A stretch of 64,000 bases of DNA from a virus. Its lineage: Duplodnaviria > Caudoviricetes. Where the stretch lies: the IMG/VR virus record IMGVR_UViG_3300017722_003538, positions 1 to 64,000 of that record. One strand, written 5' to 3'. Below are positions 8,716 to 19,567 of this stretch, one piece after another. Numbering within the stretch: position 1 is the stretch's first letter; the number at the start of each line of letters is the position of its first letter. Under the pieces are notes generated by a model, which had not been told where the DNA came from, searched no databases, and saw nothing but the letters and a program-made list of their open reading frames with translations. The position numbers and the translations under genes were made by a program.

Positions 8716-9228
8716 ATGGAACTAGTGAAAGAAGATGTAAGAAAATATCAATGGAGATCCGGAGATAACTTTGGTAAAATAGTCGAAGTTGAATCAGTCG
8801 ACGGAGAATTTACAAACTTTACTGATGGCAGTAGAATATACAATAATGTTTTATCGGAATTTCTAGAAGAAATTGTAGATGGAGTAATACCATTTCCAGG
8901 AGTTCAAGAACTAGGTTCAATAGCTCCTGTTGTTAACGTAACTCCAAACATACAGGACGTAACTCCTACTAAACCTAAAGAATCTCCACTAGAACAATTA
9001 ATTAACAAGCTTTCTAAAAAGAATGTTGAACCCTTTGAAGCCAAAATTAACTTAAACATACCAAACAAAAAGGTATTTGATATGTTAATAGAAAATGCCG
9101 ATGAGGACAGAGAAGAACTAATTAAAACTATTGCAAAAGTGGCAGTGTCTCAAATTGAGATAGATAAACTACAAGAATATCTAACCGAAGAAGTATCAAT
9201 TTTTATAAACAATTACTATAATGGCTAA
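8716..9228 (+). CDS. hypothetical protein
   Basis: Start revised to MELVKED at 8716 because the promoter lies inside the longer 8635 ORF. Confidence 0.65.
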   Translation: MELVKEDVRKYQWRSGDNFGKIVEVESVDGEFTNFTDGSRIYNNVLSEFLEEIVDGVIPFPGVQELGSIAPVVNVTPNIQDVTPTKPKESPLEQLINKLSKKNVEPFEAKINLNIPNKKVFDMLIENADEDREELIKTIAKVAVSQIEIDKLQEYLTEEVSIFINNYYNG

Positions 9229-9613
9229 AACAGCAACAGTCTCTAGAAGACAAAGAAGAGCTCAATTGAGCGCAATGGGTTATTTAAAAATCAAAAACCA
9301 ATTAAATCCACTTTCTACTGAAGGTATCGAGCTAAGAAATAGCTTAAGAGCAAGTTCTAAAGCGGCAAAAGAGGCTTTTGAAAAAAGAATTATGGACCAA
9401 ATTGAGGAACAATTAGCTCAAAAGGCTGAAAGTTTAAAAGGTACCTGGAAGGAAATTGGGTATAATGATGCAGAAATCGAAATGTTAAGTGAGGCATTTT
9501 TTACATTATCTGTTAAAAATAAACAAACCCTTAGAGAAGACAAAAAAGCGGCTAGAAAATTAATGAAAGACGCAAAAGATTCACTAATAGGGAGATTAAA
9601 TGCAAACAGTTAA
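9221..9613 (+). CDS. hypothetical basic helical protein
   Basis: 130-aa ORF overlapping its neighbours in operon fashion. Confidence 0.65.
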   Translation: MAKTATVSRRQRRAQLSAMGYLKIKNQLNPLSTEGIELRNSLRASSKAAKEAFEKRIMDQIEEQLAQKAESLKGTWKEIGYNDAEIEMLSEAFFTLSVKNKQTLREDKKAARKLMKDAKDSLIGRLNANS

Positions 9614-9923
9614 GATAACGCTAGCAGACAACGGTGTTATTAAAACGGTAGTAGATGATAATATTAATGCTGGAGGAGAAAGTTATGAATCAACAGTAGT
9701 ATATGATTTCACTGACCAAATTTCCAAAATTAAATTCATTGAAGACCTTTGCATCGACATAGGTCTTTCTTTTGGTAATTCCAAAAGTAAAAACCAAATC
9801 AAAATTATCGAGACATGGGGAGTTGATTACATTCCAAATGACAAAGATAAAAATGAAAAAATAGAAGCTTTAATATCCGATCTTAAAAAATTATCGGGTG
9901 GAAAGTTAACAGTTAATGAATAA
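9600..9923 (+). CDS. hypothetical protein
   Basis: 107-aa ORF in the operon. Confidence 0.65.
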   Translation: MQTVKITLADNGVIKTVVDDNINAGGESYESTVVYDFTDQISKIKFIEDLCIDIGLSFGNSKSKNQIKIIETWGVDYIPNDKDKNEKIEALISDLKKLSGGKLTVNE

Positions 9924-10323
9924 CCTACAAATTGATTGCATTTGGTGTCCATCACGCAGAGATTTTAATAGGTTTATAAAGGGTACAATAAAAGAGTCGA
10001 CTAAAATAATCGACTTTTTTAGTATTAAAAATAAACTTATAAAAGCTGATCCATACTGTGGAGACCCGAATGACTCAATAATTGGTTTAACTATAATAAA
10101 CGAAATTACGCGATGCTTGCGATCCGACACAAAGGACGTAGATCGCGTAATTTATGTTTTTAGAAGTCTTGATGATGATATTGTAAGTAACTTTAAAACC
10201 TTAATTCAAGCAAACACTGAAAGAGAATTCTCAATCTCTTTAATCGTCATCGATAAAAATAAAAAAATTGACGAGACAATACTGGCCCAATTCGACAGTA
10301 TTGAACTAATACAAAATGATTAG
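9916..10323 (+). CDS. hypothetical protein
   Basis: 135-aa ORF in the operon. Confidence 0.65.
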   Translation: MNNLQIDCIWCPSRRDFNRFIKGTIKESTKIIDFFSIKNKLIKADPYCGDPNDSIIGLTIINEITRCLRSDTKDVDRVIYVFRSLDDDIVSNFKTLIQANTEREFSISLIVIDKNKKIDETILAQFDSIELIQND

Positions 10324-10903
10324 ACATAAACTTTTTTCAAAGGGTGAATATATCAATGTTCTAATAACTAATAATAGATATAGCAATATTGTTTTCCCTG
10401 TTAAAGCAATTATCCATGATATTGAGTTTAACGATAAAATGCCCAGATATCAGATCAGAATTGTTAAATTTTACGACGACATAGACTTTCTTAAAAGATA
10501 CATGTTTGATATGAAATTTGACCGAAATTTCGAGGGTGGACATACAATCTTTAGAATTTCTAGAGTAAATGTACCGAGCGTAAAAGAACTTCAGAACTAT
10601 ATTGACGCAAAATGGGAAACCTTCTTAATAGTTGTAGATTCAGTAATGTGCGTCCGAACTTTTGACGAACTTAATGAATTACAGAACAACATCCAAGATT
10701 TTTTGGTTGAAAAGTCTATTAGAGACCTTTATGAACTTACAACTCGATCGACATATTCTAAGGGTAAATATTACTATGAAAGTCGAGGAGTATTCGAGGC
10801 TCATATTAAAAAGTTCTTAGATAAAAGAGCAGGAACTCAAAAAGATTATTTTGATAAATTACTATATAGACCTCTTTCCGTCGACTACGATAATTTAGAA
10901 TAG
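10316..10903 (+). CDS. hypothetical protein
   Basis: 195-aa ORF in the operon; ends with TAG. Confidence 0.65.
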   Translation: MIRHKLFSKGEYINVLITNNRYSNIVFPVKAIIHDIEFNDKMPRYQIRIVKFYDDIDFLKRYMFDMKFDRNFEGGHTIFRISRVNVPSVKELQNYIDAKWETFLIVVDSVMCVRTFDELNELQNNIQDFLVEKSIRDLYELTTRSTYSKGKYYYESRGVFEAHIKKFLDKRAGTQKDYFDKLLYRPLSVDYDNLE

Positions 10904-10914
10904 CCTGTTTCTGT

Positions 10915-10922
10915 GATATATA
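10915..10922 (+). promoter_or_regulatory. putative late promoter (RATATATA), representative site
   Basis: GATATATA before the first structural gene; the same octamer precedes many structural genes. Confidence 0.6.
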
Positions 10923-10947
10923 CTTAAACAAATATACTTAATAGGAA

Positions 10948-12825
10948 ATGCCAGTATCAACAGGATATAGCCCAGAGACAGGAAAACCAAAATCTTATTT
11001 TGATAAACTACAAGATAAAGCAAATTCTGCATTTAAAACTACTAAAGAATCCGCTATAGGAAAAGGTTTTATTAGTGCCGTTAAAAATGTAACTGGATTA
11101 GACCTCGAGAATTTAGATGGGTCAAATCCGGATGGTGTGCATTCTGGTTCAAAGGGTAAAAAAAAGGCAGTTGGAAAAAATAAGAAAACAGAAGATAAAA
11201 CTCAAGCCAGGGCTGCCGCAACCGATACCCCTTTTACAATATTAGGAGCTGAACCTGGAAAATCAAAATACTATAGTGATATTGTTGATTCTGAAACTTA
11301 TAAGTCGACTCAACCAGGAACTGAAGGTAAAAAGATAACAGTCGGTCCAAGACCATATTCTGCTTTTAATAAATATTCTTTAATTAATTATAGAGGGAAT
11401 CCACTAGATTCTACTAAAGATGGATTTGTATCTGACGTTAAGGGAAATACGGTTTATCAAAAAATAAATATTAAAGACCTTCAAAATCCGACAGTTACTC
11501 AAATTATAGAAAGAACCTCAGCTCTTACTGATAACTATGCATATAGATACCAATATTCAGATTTTGCTTTAGCGAAATACTATGGCAAAATACCAAACAA
11601 TATGCTTATTACTCTTCGTAGGTTTTCATACCCTGCTGCTGATGATATTGTAACTCCACAAGCGCTTTCTGCGGATGGAAAAACAATGGAAAAAATCCAG
11701 CAACCAGATATTGCTCGAGCCGTAACTTGGATTGGTGAGGCACCGGGTAATGTATTAGGAGAAATAGTAAAATTTTCAAATGGATATTCATGGAAAGATG
11801 CAGAATCAACAGTACAAACTTTGAATTCTCAGCAAGGAGCTTCATCTGGAAAATTTGGTAGTATTGTTGAAGGAAATAAAGTACTTTCCGCAATGGCAAA
11901 TGCCGGCGCTGGTAGAGATGCGGTTGCTGCTAATGCAAATAAACAAAATGCCGGATTCGACTCATTTAGTGCTACATATCCAAACCATGTTTTTGGTCCA
12001 ATGAACGTTATTAAGCAGGTATTAGTTAGAGAACAGGGTCTTAATTTTTCGCAAGAATTTAAAATTAAGTTTGAATACGAACTTAGAGCATTTGAAGGAG
12101 CCAATCCTAAAATTATGATGCTTGACCAACTTGCAAATATATTGGCATTAACATATAACAATGCTCCTTTCTGGGGAGGTTCTGTTAGATATATTGGAGA
12201 TGGATCGGTTGCAAAACCTCTAGGTAATTTAAGTAAACTTCGAGAAGGAGATTATCTTGGATTTGCCGGAAGTATTGTTGATGATATGGGTAAAATGTTT
12301 AAAGGAGCTGGAGCTGGATTTGGTGGAGCAGCCGGCGCATTAATGAATGGAGATATTGGAGGAGCATTAGGAGCGCTTAAAGATAATAAGTTCTTAAATA
12401 ATCTTATTGGTGGAATGGCGATGGACATGTTTAACACTCCACAAGGAGGACAGGCAGCAGCTTCATTACTTACTGGGGATCCGACAGGAAATTGGCATTT
12501 AACAGTAGGAAATCCGCTTAATCCAATAATGGTAATTGGTAACTTATGTATGACTGACTGTGAGATAACTTTTGAAGGAGGTATGGGAATTCAAGATTTT
12601 CCTGAACATATGACCGCGGTTATATCATTAAAACCAGGTCGACCAAGGGACAAAGCAGAAATTGAATCAATGTTCAACTCGGGAAGAGGGCGTTTTTACG
12701 TTCAACCGGACGATGTTGCAGATATTAATAAAACGGTTGATGTTAATGAATATGGAAACAAAGATAGAGGTGGAGCAGGTAAAGATACCTTTGTAAATAA
12801 CTTTAGAAAATTAAGTAACGGATAA
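10948..12825 (+). CDS. putative baseplate/tail-tube initiator structural protein
   Basis: First gene of the baseplate cluster. C-terminal HLTVGNP...IGNLCMT.CEITF...FP resembles tube-fold (gp48/gp54-like) proteins. Confidence 0.45.
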   Translation: MPVSTGYSPETGKPKSYFDKLQDKANSAFKTTKESAIGKGFISAVKNVTGLDLENLDGSNPDGVHSGSKGKKKAVGKNKKTEDKTQARAAATDTPFTILGAEPGKSKYYSDIVDSETYKSTQPGTEGKKITVGPRPYSAFNKYSLINYRGNPLDSTKDGFVSDVKGNTVYQKINIKDLQNPTVTQIIERTSALTDNYAYRYQYSDFALAKYYGKIPNNMLITLRRFSYPAADDIVTPQALSADGKTMEKIQQPDIARAVTWIGEAPGNVLGEIVKFSNGYSWKDAESTVQTLNSQQGASSGKFGSIVEGNKVLSAMANAGAGRDAVAANANKQNAGFDSFSATYPNHVFGPMNVIKQVLVREQGLNFSQEFKIKFEYELRAFEGANPKIMMLDQLANILALTYNNAPFWGGSVRYIGDGSVAKPLGNLSKLREGDYLGFAGSIVDDMGKMFKGAGAGFGGAAGALMNGDIGGALGALKDNKFLNNLIGGMAMDMFNTPQGGQAAASLLTGDPTGNWHLTVGNPLNPIMVIGNLCMTDCEITFEGGMGIQDFPEHMTAVISLKPGRPRDKAEIESMFNSGRGRFYVQPDDVADINKTVDVNEYGNKDRGGAGKDTFVNNFRKLSNG

Positions 12826-13316
12826 TGCAGTTTGATACACTAAATAAAAAGAAATTAGTAGATGGTAAATATAAATTTACTAAGCCTACCCTTGTATTTA
12901 TAGAAACTAACGAGACTATAAACGAACACACTGTTACCGAGGATCAGGTTGGTAGAATTGATTTAATTTCGCTACTATATTATAGAAATGCAAACTACTG
13001 TGATTACATACTAAAATGGAATGGTATTTCAAATCCATTTTCTATAAAATTAGGAGACATTTTAGAGATTCCAAACCACAGACAGGCTCTTAAAACTGTT
13101 AAAGAAATCAAAATCCTAAGTTCAACAAATGAACCTTCGATTAGGGACCAGTTTATAGACACTAAAAGACTTCCGGTTAAAGATGCGAAGAGAATTGAAT
13201 ATCTACAAAGAAAAGCATCTCAAAAACCAAACGGAGCAAAACAAATACTACCTCCAAATATCTTAAAAGAGGGAGACACAAATATTAAAATCGGTAACGG
13301 ACAAATTAGAATTTAA
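12825..13316 (+). CDS. baseplate wedge protein, LysM-like (T4 gp53-like)
   Basis: RIDLISLLYY...ILKWNGISNPFSIKLGDILEIP. Confidence 0.75.
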   Translation: MQFDTLNKKKLVDGKYKFTKPTLVFIETNETINEHTVTEDQVGRIDLISLLYYRNANYCDYILKWNGISNPFSIKLGDILEIPNHRQALKTVKEIKILSSTNEPSIRDQFIDTKRLPVKDAKRIEYLQRKASQKPNGAKQILPPNILKEGDTNIKIGNGQIRI

Positions 13317-15271
13317 TGGCATCAATTAATAATCATATTCTTACAATAACAGAACCTACTATTAAATTAGATGAGGTTGTTTTTGAATCATTCGGCGAGG
13401 GAGAAGGAGATGCAACCAAGGCTGAAACTAGTAAGGGTTATTTAATCATGGTTTCTATCAATGGATATGTTTTCAGCGATAAGGACATTTTAAACATGGT
13501 ATTAGATTGCAATGGTTCTCTTCCTACTATAGAACTTACTCTTTCCGATAACCAAGGACTATTTACAATTGATACGTTTCCTAGAGATGGGGATGTTATA
13601 AATTTTAGAATGGGTACCCTTGAGAAAACGTCATATAAAGATATTCGAATAGATTTTGATATTACAAGCGCAGACCAACCTAAACAAAACTCAAACGTTA
13701 AGGGAGGAAAGTATAGTTTTTCAGGAAGGATTAAAGTTCCAGGTCTATATGCAGATGAATGTAAGTCTTATGGAGTAGGAACTTCATTAGACCATATTGA
13801 ATCAATTGCAAATGATTTAAAACTTGGAGTTGCAACAAACATTGACTCGGCTGATGATAAGATGAACCTAATCCTACCTTATAGTAGTAGATTTGATACA
13901 TTGGAAGATTTGGTAAAACACTCGTATATTGACGAGGAAAGCTTTCAGGCTTATTGTATTGACCAATTCTATTATATCAATTATGTAAATTTAAACACAT
14001 TGTTGGAGTCAGAAGAATCTATCGAAGAGCTTGTTGCAGGATATGATAGAGAATTGAATGACGTTCCTGGAAATGGGTCTGAAGACGCAGCAAATCAAAC
14101 TAAAAAACCACTTATACTAACTAATCATAAAAGAGATACGGGTACTAACCTATTTATAGAGGCCCAGTCTCTAGCAAATAGTGCCGGAGAAAAGACAAAA
14201 AAGAATGGTTATAAAAGAACCCTTCAATTTTTTGAAAATGATTCAGATGAGGGACTAGTAAGCCATGAAATTGAGCCACTTGCAAGTAAAAAAATGTCAG
14301 ACATTGAAGAGCCTATGAAGGGTCGAAGAGATGAAGAACGATATAAAGGTGAAACCAAGACCAAATACACCGGTAGAAAGAACTCAGATCCTGAAACATC
14401 ACACACTCACTTAAATTATGAGTATTCTGCAATAAGTAATGCGCAAAACCTGGATGAAGTTAAAAAAATGTCACTTGAAGTTTCGATGGCATCTTTTAAT
14501 CCTGCAATCCACCTGTATCAAAAATTACCGATTGCAATTTATACAAACCAACAAGAAAAATTAGGTGCAGATAAAGTTATTAAAACCGCTAAAAAAGAAA
14601 AGGGATTTGATACTACAGTAGAAGAAGATAAATCAACAGTAGATCCTGGAGAATATGTACTTGATGAATTCCTATCAGCATACTATGTTGTTGGAGGAAT
14701 TGAATATACATTTAAAGCAGGTTTTCCATCAGTTAAACAAAAATTAAAATTGTTACGAAGAGAATGGCCAAGTAGAATTAACAACATTAATCCAGAGACG
14801 GTAGCTAAGCCAACTCCTGCTGCGCCGCCACCTGCACCGCCAGTAACTCCGCCTGCACCTGCTCCGGTTCCAACACCACCGCCAGCTCCGCCTAAAAAAG
14901 AAGAACCATTAAAGATCGATATTACAATGAATAGTGGAGATGTTCAACAAGATACATGGTCTCCATTTCAAAGTCAAAACAAATATGTTATATTAACTGG
15001 AAGTTATACAGCGAACAGACCGCAAGGTGAGTTGGTATTTGATTCGTTTAGTGCAACAATAGATGAGGTTGCTGGAGGAGATAGTTTTGATATTAATGAC
15101 GGTAATGGAATGCGGGTTAAAAAAGATGGCGGAATTCTTATAGATATGGAATCCGAAGCAGGTTCTATGAGTCCAGGAAAATATACACTAAATGTTACAT
15201 TAAAGGCAGAAGGAAAAACATTTAAAAAAGGACCAATAAGCTTTAATGTAGTAGACGTTCCAAAAAACTAA
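13316..15271 (+). CDS. putative baseplate hub protein (gp27-like) with Pro-rich linker and C-terminal beta domain
   Basis: Lies between the gp53-like and gp5-like genes; SAYYVVGGIEY...QKLKLLRRE hub-like end; poly-Pro tract at 14809-14893. Confidence 0.5.
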   Translation: MASINNHILTITEPTIKLDEVVFESFGEGEGDATKAETSKGYLIMVSINGYVFSDKDILNMVLDCNGSLPTIELTLSDNQGLFTIDTFPRDGDVINFRMGTLEKTSYKDIRIDFDITSADQPKQNSNVKGGKYSFSGRIKVPGLYADECKSYGVGTSLDHIESIANDLKLGVATNIDSADDKMNLILPYSSRFDTLEDLVKHSYIDEESFQAYCIDQFYYINYVNLNTLLESEESIEELVAGYDRELNDVPGNGSEDAANQTKKPLILTNHKRDTGTNLFIEAQSLANSAGEKTKKNGYKRTLQFFENDSDEGLVSHEIEPLASKKMSDIEEPMKGRRDEERYKGETKTKYTGRKNSDPETSHTHLNYEYSAISNAQNLDEVKKMSLEVSMASFNPAIHLYQKLPIAIYTNQQEKLGADKVIKTAKKEKGFDTTVEEDKSTVDPGEYVLDEFLSAYYVVGGIEYTFKAGFPSVKQKLKLLRREWPSRINNINPETVAKPTPAAPPPAPPVTPPAPAPVPTPPPAPPKKEEPLKIDITMNSGDVQQDTWSPFQSQNKYVILTGSYTANRPQGELVFDSFSATIDEVAGGDSFDINDGNGMRVKKDGGILIDMESEAGSMSPGKYTLNVTLKAEGKTFKKGPISFNVVDVPKN

Positions 15272-15300
15272 TACCATTAAATAAAAATAATATATAATAC

Positions 15301-16506
15301 ATGTCAGATTTTAAAACAACAATGGATTTTAGAAAGGGTTCCTATAGGAAATTCCCTTACCAAGATCCGACATATCTTTCTTTTGCATTATTATTCGATT
15401 TTTATGATATAGAAAGCTCACCACTTCTTGCTGGAGGGGCTGAGAATTTTTTAAAACCATTAGCAGAACAAGACTCTTTTTATAAAGAGCGACTTAATGA
15501 CTTACAGAATTTTATAAAAACATTAAAGGAAATTAATCAAGAATTGCCATGGTTTTGGCAATCTTTTAAAGGACTTGAGAGATTACAACAATACAATCCT
15601 GAAAATGCATATATGGGAGGTGATGATGCAAAATTTGAAATTGAAACATTAGAATCTTTAAATCTTACAATCTCAGGTTTGATGCACTTATATAGAAGAG
15701 CGATATTTGATGAGAGAAAGTGGAGCTATATAATTCCTTCCAATCTAAGAGTTTTTAGAATGTGGATATATGTTACTGAAATTCGATCAATTGCAATCCT
15801 AGAAAATATAAAGGTAAATGGAATTCCTAAAAAACTGGATAAAAGTACAATAACTGGATTTCCAGATAATATTAAACCAAAAATTGACGTTGAAAATAAA
15901 AATGCAGGTATCTCTGGTACTGAAGGACGTCCATACTTTTTGGTAGGAGCAAAATACTGTGAATTTGATTTATCTTCAGGAACAACTATTTTTGCGGATC
16001 TTAGCAAGAACCCTGAAATGGCAAAAGAGGCTGTTACTATAAAATATGGAAAACTTGAAAAGGTAGAGGCAAGAGTATTGAATGGAATAATTAAACAAAG
16101 TTATGCGGAGGGACAATTGTCTCCATCCCCTGACCAGGAGATATTTGCATCACAATCAAAAACACCTCTTGAATTTGCTAAAGATAAAATCAAAGGTAAA
16201 ATTGACAAAATAAAAGATAGTGCCGTACAAGACCTTAAAGCTCTTGCTGAAAAAAAGAAGGCGGAATTACTTCAAAAGCTAAAAGACGAAACAATTAATA
16301 GAGTTCCTAAGTTTGAAAATGTATTTGGAAATGTTATAAGAAAGGCAGATCAAGCATCTACTGCAGCCCTAAATGATGTTGTTGCAGGTAGAAATATAGG
16401 AGCAGCTATTCAGGCTAACGTATATGGAATCTTACCCGGAACTACAATAGGACAGGGACTTAATAGAGCAGCAATTAATAACTTAGGTAACGTTTATAAT
16501 CAATAA
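15301..16506 (+). CDS. putative tail-tube-fold baseplate protein
   Basis: Structural context; late motif at 15289-15296. Confidence 0.4.
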   Translation: MSDFKTTMDFRKGSYRKFPYQDPTYLSFALLFDFYDIESSPLLAGGAENFLKPLAEQDSFYKERLNDLQNFIKTLKEINQELPWFWQSFKGLERLQQYNPENAYMGGDDAKFEIETLESLNLTISGLMHLYRRAIFDERKWSYIIPSNLRVFRMWIYVTEIRSIAILENIKVNGIPKKLDKSTITGFPDNIKPKIDVENKNAGISGTEGRPYFLVGAKYCEFDLSSGTTIFADLSKNPEMAKEAVTIKYGKLEKVEARVLNGIIKQSYAEGQLSPSPDQEIFASQSKTPLEFAKDKIKGKIDKIKDSAVQDLKALAEKKKAELLQKLKDETINRVPKFENVFGNVIRKADQASTAALNDVVAGRNIGAAIQANVYGILPGTTIGQGLNRAAINNLGNVYNQ

Positions 16507-17225
16507 TGGCAACAGATACTGAATTAGAAAAGGATAATATTAGAGAAACCCACTGGATTGGTGAGGTTGTCGACAATGCGGATCCTAAAGATTGGGGAAG
16601 ATGTAGAGTTAAAGTATTTGGAAAGTTTGACAAACTACCTAATGACGCTATTCCATGGGCAACACCAATGAATAGAGACTTTGCAGGTGCACACCATACT
16701 CCAAATGTTGGAACAATTGTTGCAGTTCGTTTTGACAATGGAAATCTTTATCACCCTGAGTATTGGTTTCAAATCAATCAAAGTAAAGCACTTAAAGCAG
16801 ATATTCTTGAAAATTCAGGCGAGGCACATAATGTCGTTTCATTAGTATATGACGAAATCAGAAATGTTAGAATCTATCACTCCCCTGAAGATGGATTGGT
16901 AATTACCAGAGGAACTGGAGCTAAAGAAAGACCCTTAATTCAAATCGATGAAAATGGATTTATTAAAATTTCAACAAGTGAAAAGATATTCCTTGACTCT
17001 GGAAATGTATTTTTAAGTAACACTGGAGAAGGAAGTGAAAATGAAGATGAACCTACAGTACGTGGAGTTTCCCTAGAAAAATGGTTAAATAAATTATTGG
17101 ATGACTATAAAGCACATATCCATCCAACGCCAACAGGACCTTCAGGCCCTCCTTCACCGCCTACCCCATCGACGGTTTCAAGCCTTAAAAGCTCGCACAT
17201 AACTTACCAACAAAGGGATAAATAA
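16506..17225 (+). CDS. baseplate central spike (T4 gp5 / VgrG-like, no lysozyme domain)
   Basis: OB-fold GEVVDNADP...GRCRVKVFG...PWATP...P.VG..V.V.F..G...P; C-terminal HIHPTP metal-binding tip. Confidence 0.85.
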   Translation: MATDTELEKDNIRETHWIGEVVDNADPKDWGRCRVKVFGKFDKLPNDAIPWATPMNRDFAGAHHTPNVGTIVAVRFDNGNLYHPEYWFQINQSKALKADILENSGEAHNVVSLVYDEIRNVRIYHSPEDGLVITRGTGAKERPLIQIDENGFIKISTSEKIFLDSGNVFLSNTGEGSENEDEPTVRGVSLEKWLNKLLDDYKAHIHPTPTGPSGPPSPPTPSTVSSLKSSHITYQQRDK

Positions 17226-17256
17226 TTGGGATAAATATCCTATAAATTAAATCAAT

Positions 17257-19527
17257 ATGCCTGCACAGTGGCCAATATTTATTAATAACCTTTCCCAAAA
17301 ACTGGCCAGTAGAACTTCTAAAGGACCGGACGATATTGGTATGTTTGTTGCTAATGAGTATTTTAATGCTGTTAAAACTGCACAAACTCCATTTGGAAAT
17401 ATCCACAAATCTGGCCAAAAGGCAATACTTGAAACTGGATTTAAAAAGGCATTCAATATGCTATTCAAATCCGTCGAACCTCAACTAGAAGATAAATTTG
17501 GAAACCCACCTTACGATGATATGTTTGAAAAACTGCCTGGTGTAGATTTAAGCGTAAATCCAGACTGCGACTTCCAAGAGTGGACTATTAAAAACAAGGA
17601 AACCATAGACCCCTTTGAATTCTATCCCCTGTTTCCTACAACATGTATAATTCCAAAGCCAATTGTTCCGCCTACAAATCTATATGGAGATATCGATATT
17701 ACCGCAGAAAATGTCGACTCTCAACCAGAACTTCGATATGTTACAATGTCAGTTGAAGGTGGGGGTGGAACCTTTCCATACGAATTTACATATTCATTAA
17801 ATGGAGTAATACAACCAACATTGACTTCTGATAGTCAAGGAGTTGTAAAGTTTTTGGCTCCTACTGATGTTGGAAAATACGATTACACATTTATTAGTGC
17901 AATTGACGCATCTAAAAGAGAAGAGATTAAAAATATAGATAGAAGTGCTTCAATTGAAATTAAAAAAGATCCAAAAGCAGTCGATATTAAAGTTGATCCG
18001 CCAAAACCATTTCCTCTAGTAAAGCCGATGACAGAGGCCCAGCAAATCGATGAAATAGCAAATAGAGTATACTACGAAAATGACGGAACCGAGGAGTATT
18101 TAGATTGGGTTGAAAGACTTCCCTATAATGGGGCTCTTGCAAAAAAGGTAAGCAAAAAAGTTTTAGAACTTTTAGACAAAGAAACTGCGGAGATAAAAAA
18201 GAGTACTGGAATAAGTGGACTACCGAATGCAAGTACTCCTGGGGCTGTTGTTACTAACAACGTCAACTTCTACGATAAGATTAATCTGATTGAAGAATCT
18301 ATTAGAAAGGCGCAAGACAAACTCGATAAATTAAATAAAGCGGATCCTCCTCCTGTAACTAATAGATTAGGTAATGTAGTTTCAAATTCAAATAATAAAT
18401 CTAAAGTCGACCCAATTGAAAAGGCGTATGCAAAAGTTGAGCTCCTACAAGCAAAAATTTTATTGGAAAAAACGTATATAGCATCAACTCAAAGATGGAA
18501 TAGTGGTTATATTGATACCTATAGAAATGATAGAATTGAAAACCTAACTAAGGAACTTTCATTAGAATTACAAATAGTTAATGTTGAAATTCTTAGAAAA
18601 AATGTTAATGAAATTAAAGATGTCAATTCAATCGATTATATAATGGCTAAGATTCGTTTATATCAAAATGAATTAATAGTCGCAACGTATAAAAAAGATG
18701 ATGCAAAAATAGACTCCATAAATAGAGAGTTAACAGTACAATCTCTTAGGGTATTAAAACTTAGGAATAAAATTAAAAGCGAAGCGGCGATAAATGATCG
18801 ACTATTCCAAGAGGAATATGATGATAGACCGGATATTATGCCAAAATTCATAACAGCAAATTTGATTTGTATATTTTCATATGTTAAAGGAATTGATGGC
18901 AATCAAAAGAGTGCTCCAGATAAAAATCCTTTAATTGCACTTGCAACATCAACATCTAGCACTGGCTATAGTAATAATACCTTTGGTAGCATCTGGGGTA
19001 ATTCAAAACCTGAAACATATTCAGAATGGTCTAGAAGAACAGAACCTGGCCGTCAAAGAGCAAAGCTACTTAGATATGCAATCGAAAAGGTTAGATATAG
19101 AGAGTTAAAAATCAGACATATTAATCAAATTGCCGAAGATAATAAAAAGGCTGGAAACCTTTGTGGAGCCGATGACGCTTATTGTGTAATGTCAAAATGC
19201 ATAATTGACTATTGGAAATCTACAGCAGCCCAGCCGTTTGCAAAAACACCACCAATATTACCCTGTTTAATACCAGATCCTGGAAGTTACATTCCAGTCT
19301 ATTATGGTGACGAGGCAAAATTAGGAGCAGACTTAAGAAGAGCATGGAATACTGGTAAGAGATTTAAAATGGAGCCAACCCTACAAACTGCAACAAAAGC
19401 GGTTGCAACTGCAGTTGCCGCGTCATGTGCAAAGCACCTATTGGACCTTAAGTTTATATACAGTGGAAAGATTCCAGTTGGAACCAGTACTGCCCCAATG
19501 ATAGGATTTTCACCATTGGCCCTATAA
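17257..19527 (+). CDS. large hypothetical virion protein
   Basis: 756 aa after the spike gene; Ig-like beta segment and coiled-coil middle; GATAAATA at 17230. Confidence 0.55.
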   Translation: MPAQWPIFINNLSQKLASRTSKGPDDIGMFVANEYFNAVKTAQTPFGNIHKSGQKAILETGFKKAFNMLFKSVEPQLEDKFGNPPYDDMFEKLPGVDLSVNPDCDFQEWTIKNKETIDPFEFYPLFPTTCIIPKPIVPPTNLYGDIDITAENVDSQPELRYVTMSVEGGGGTFPYEFTYSLNGVIQPTLTSDSQGVVKFLAPTDVGKYDYTFISAIDASKREEIKNIDRSASIEIKKDPKAVDIKVDPPKPFPLVKPMTEAQQIDEIANRVYYENDGTEEYLDWVERLPYNGALAKKVSKKVLELLDKETAEIKKSTGISGLPNASTPGAVVTNNVNFYDKINLIEESIRKAQDKLDKLNKADPPPVTNRLGNVVSNSNNKSKVDPIEKAYAKVELLQAKILLEKTYIASTQRWNSGYIDTYRNDRIENLTKELSLELQIVNVEILRKNVNEIKDVNSIDYIMAKIRLYQNELIVATYKKDDAKIDSINRELTVQSLRVLKLRNKIKSEAAINDRLFQEEYDDRPDIMPKFITANLICIFSYVKGIDGNQKSAPDKNPLIALATSTSSTGYSNNTFGSIWGNSKPETYSEWSRRTEPGRQRAKLLRYAIEKVRYRELKIRHINQIAEDNKKAGNLCGADDAYCVMSKCIIDYWKSTAAQPFAKTPPILPCLIPDPGSYIPVYYGDEAKLGADLRRAWNTGKRFKMEPTLQTATKAVATAVAASCAKHLLDLKFIYSGKIPVGTSTAPMIGFSPLAL

Positions 19528-19567
19528 AACAAATATATAATTTATTAACCTTTTAAAAATAACAAAA

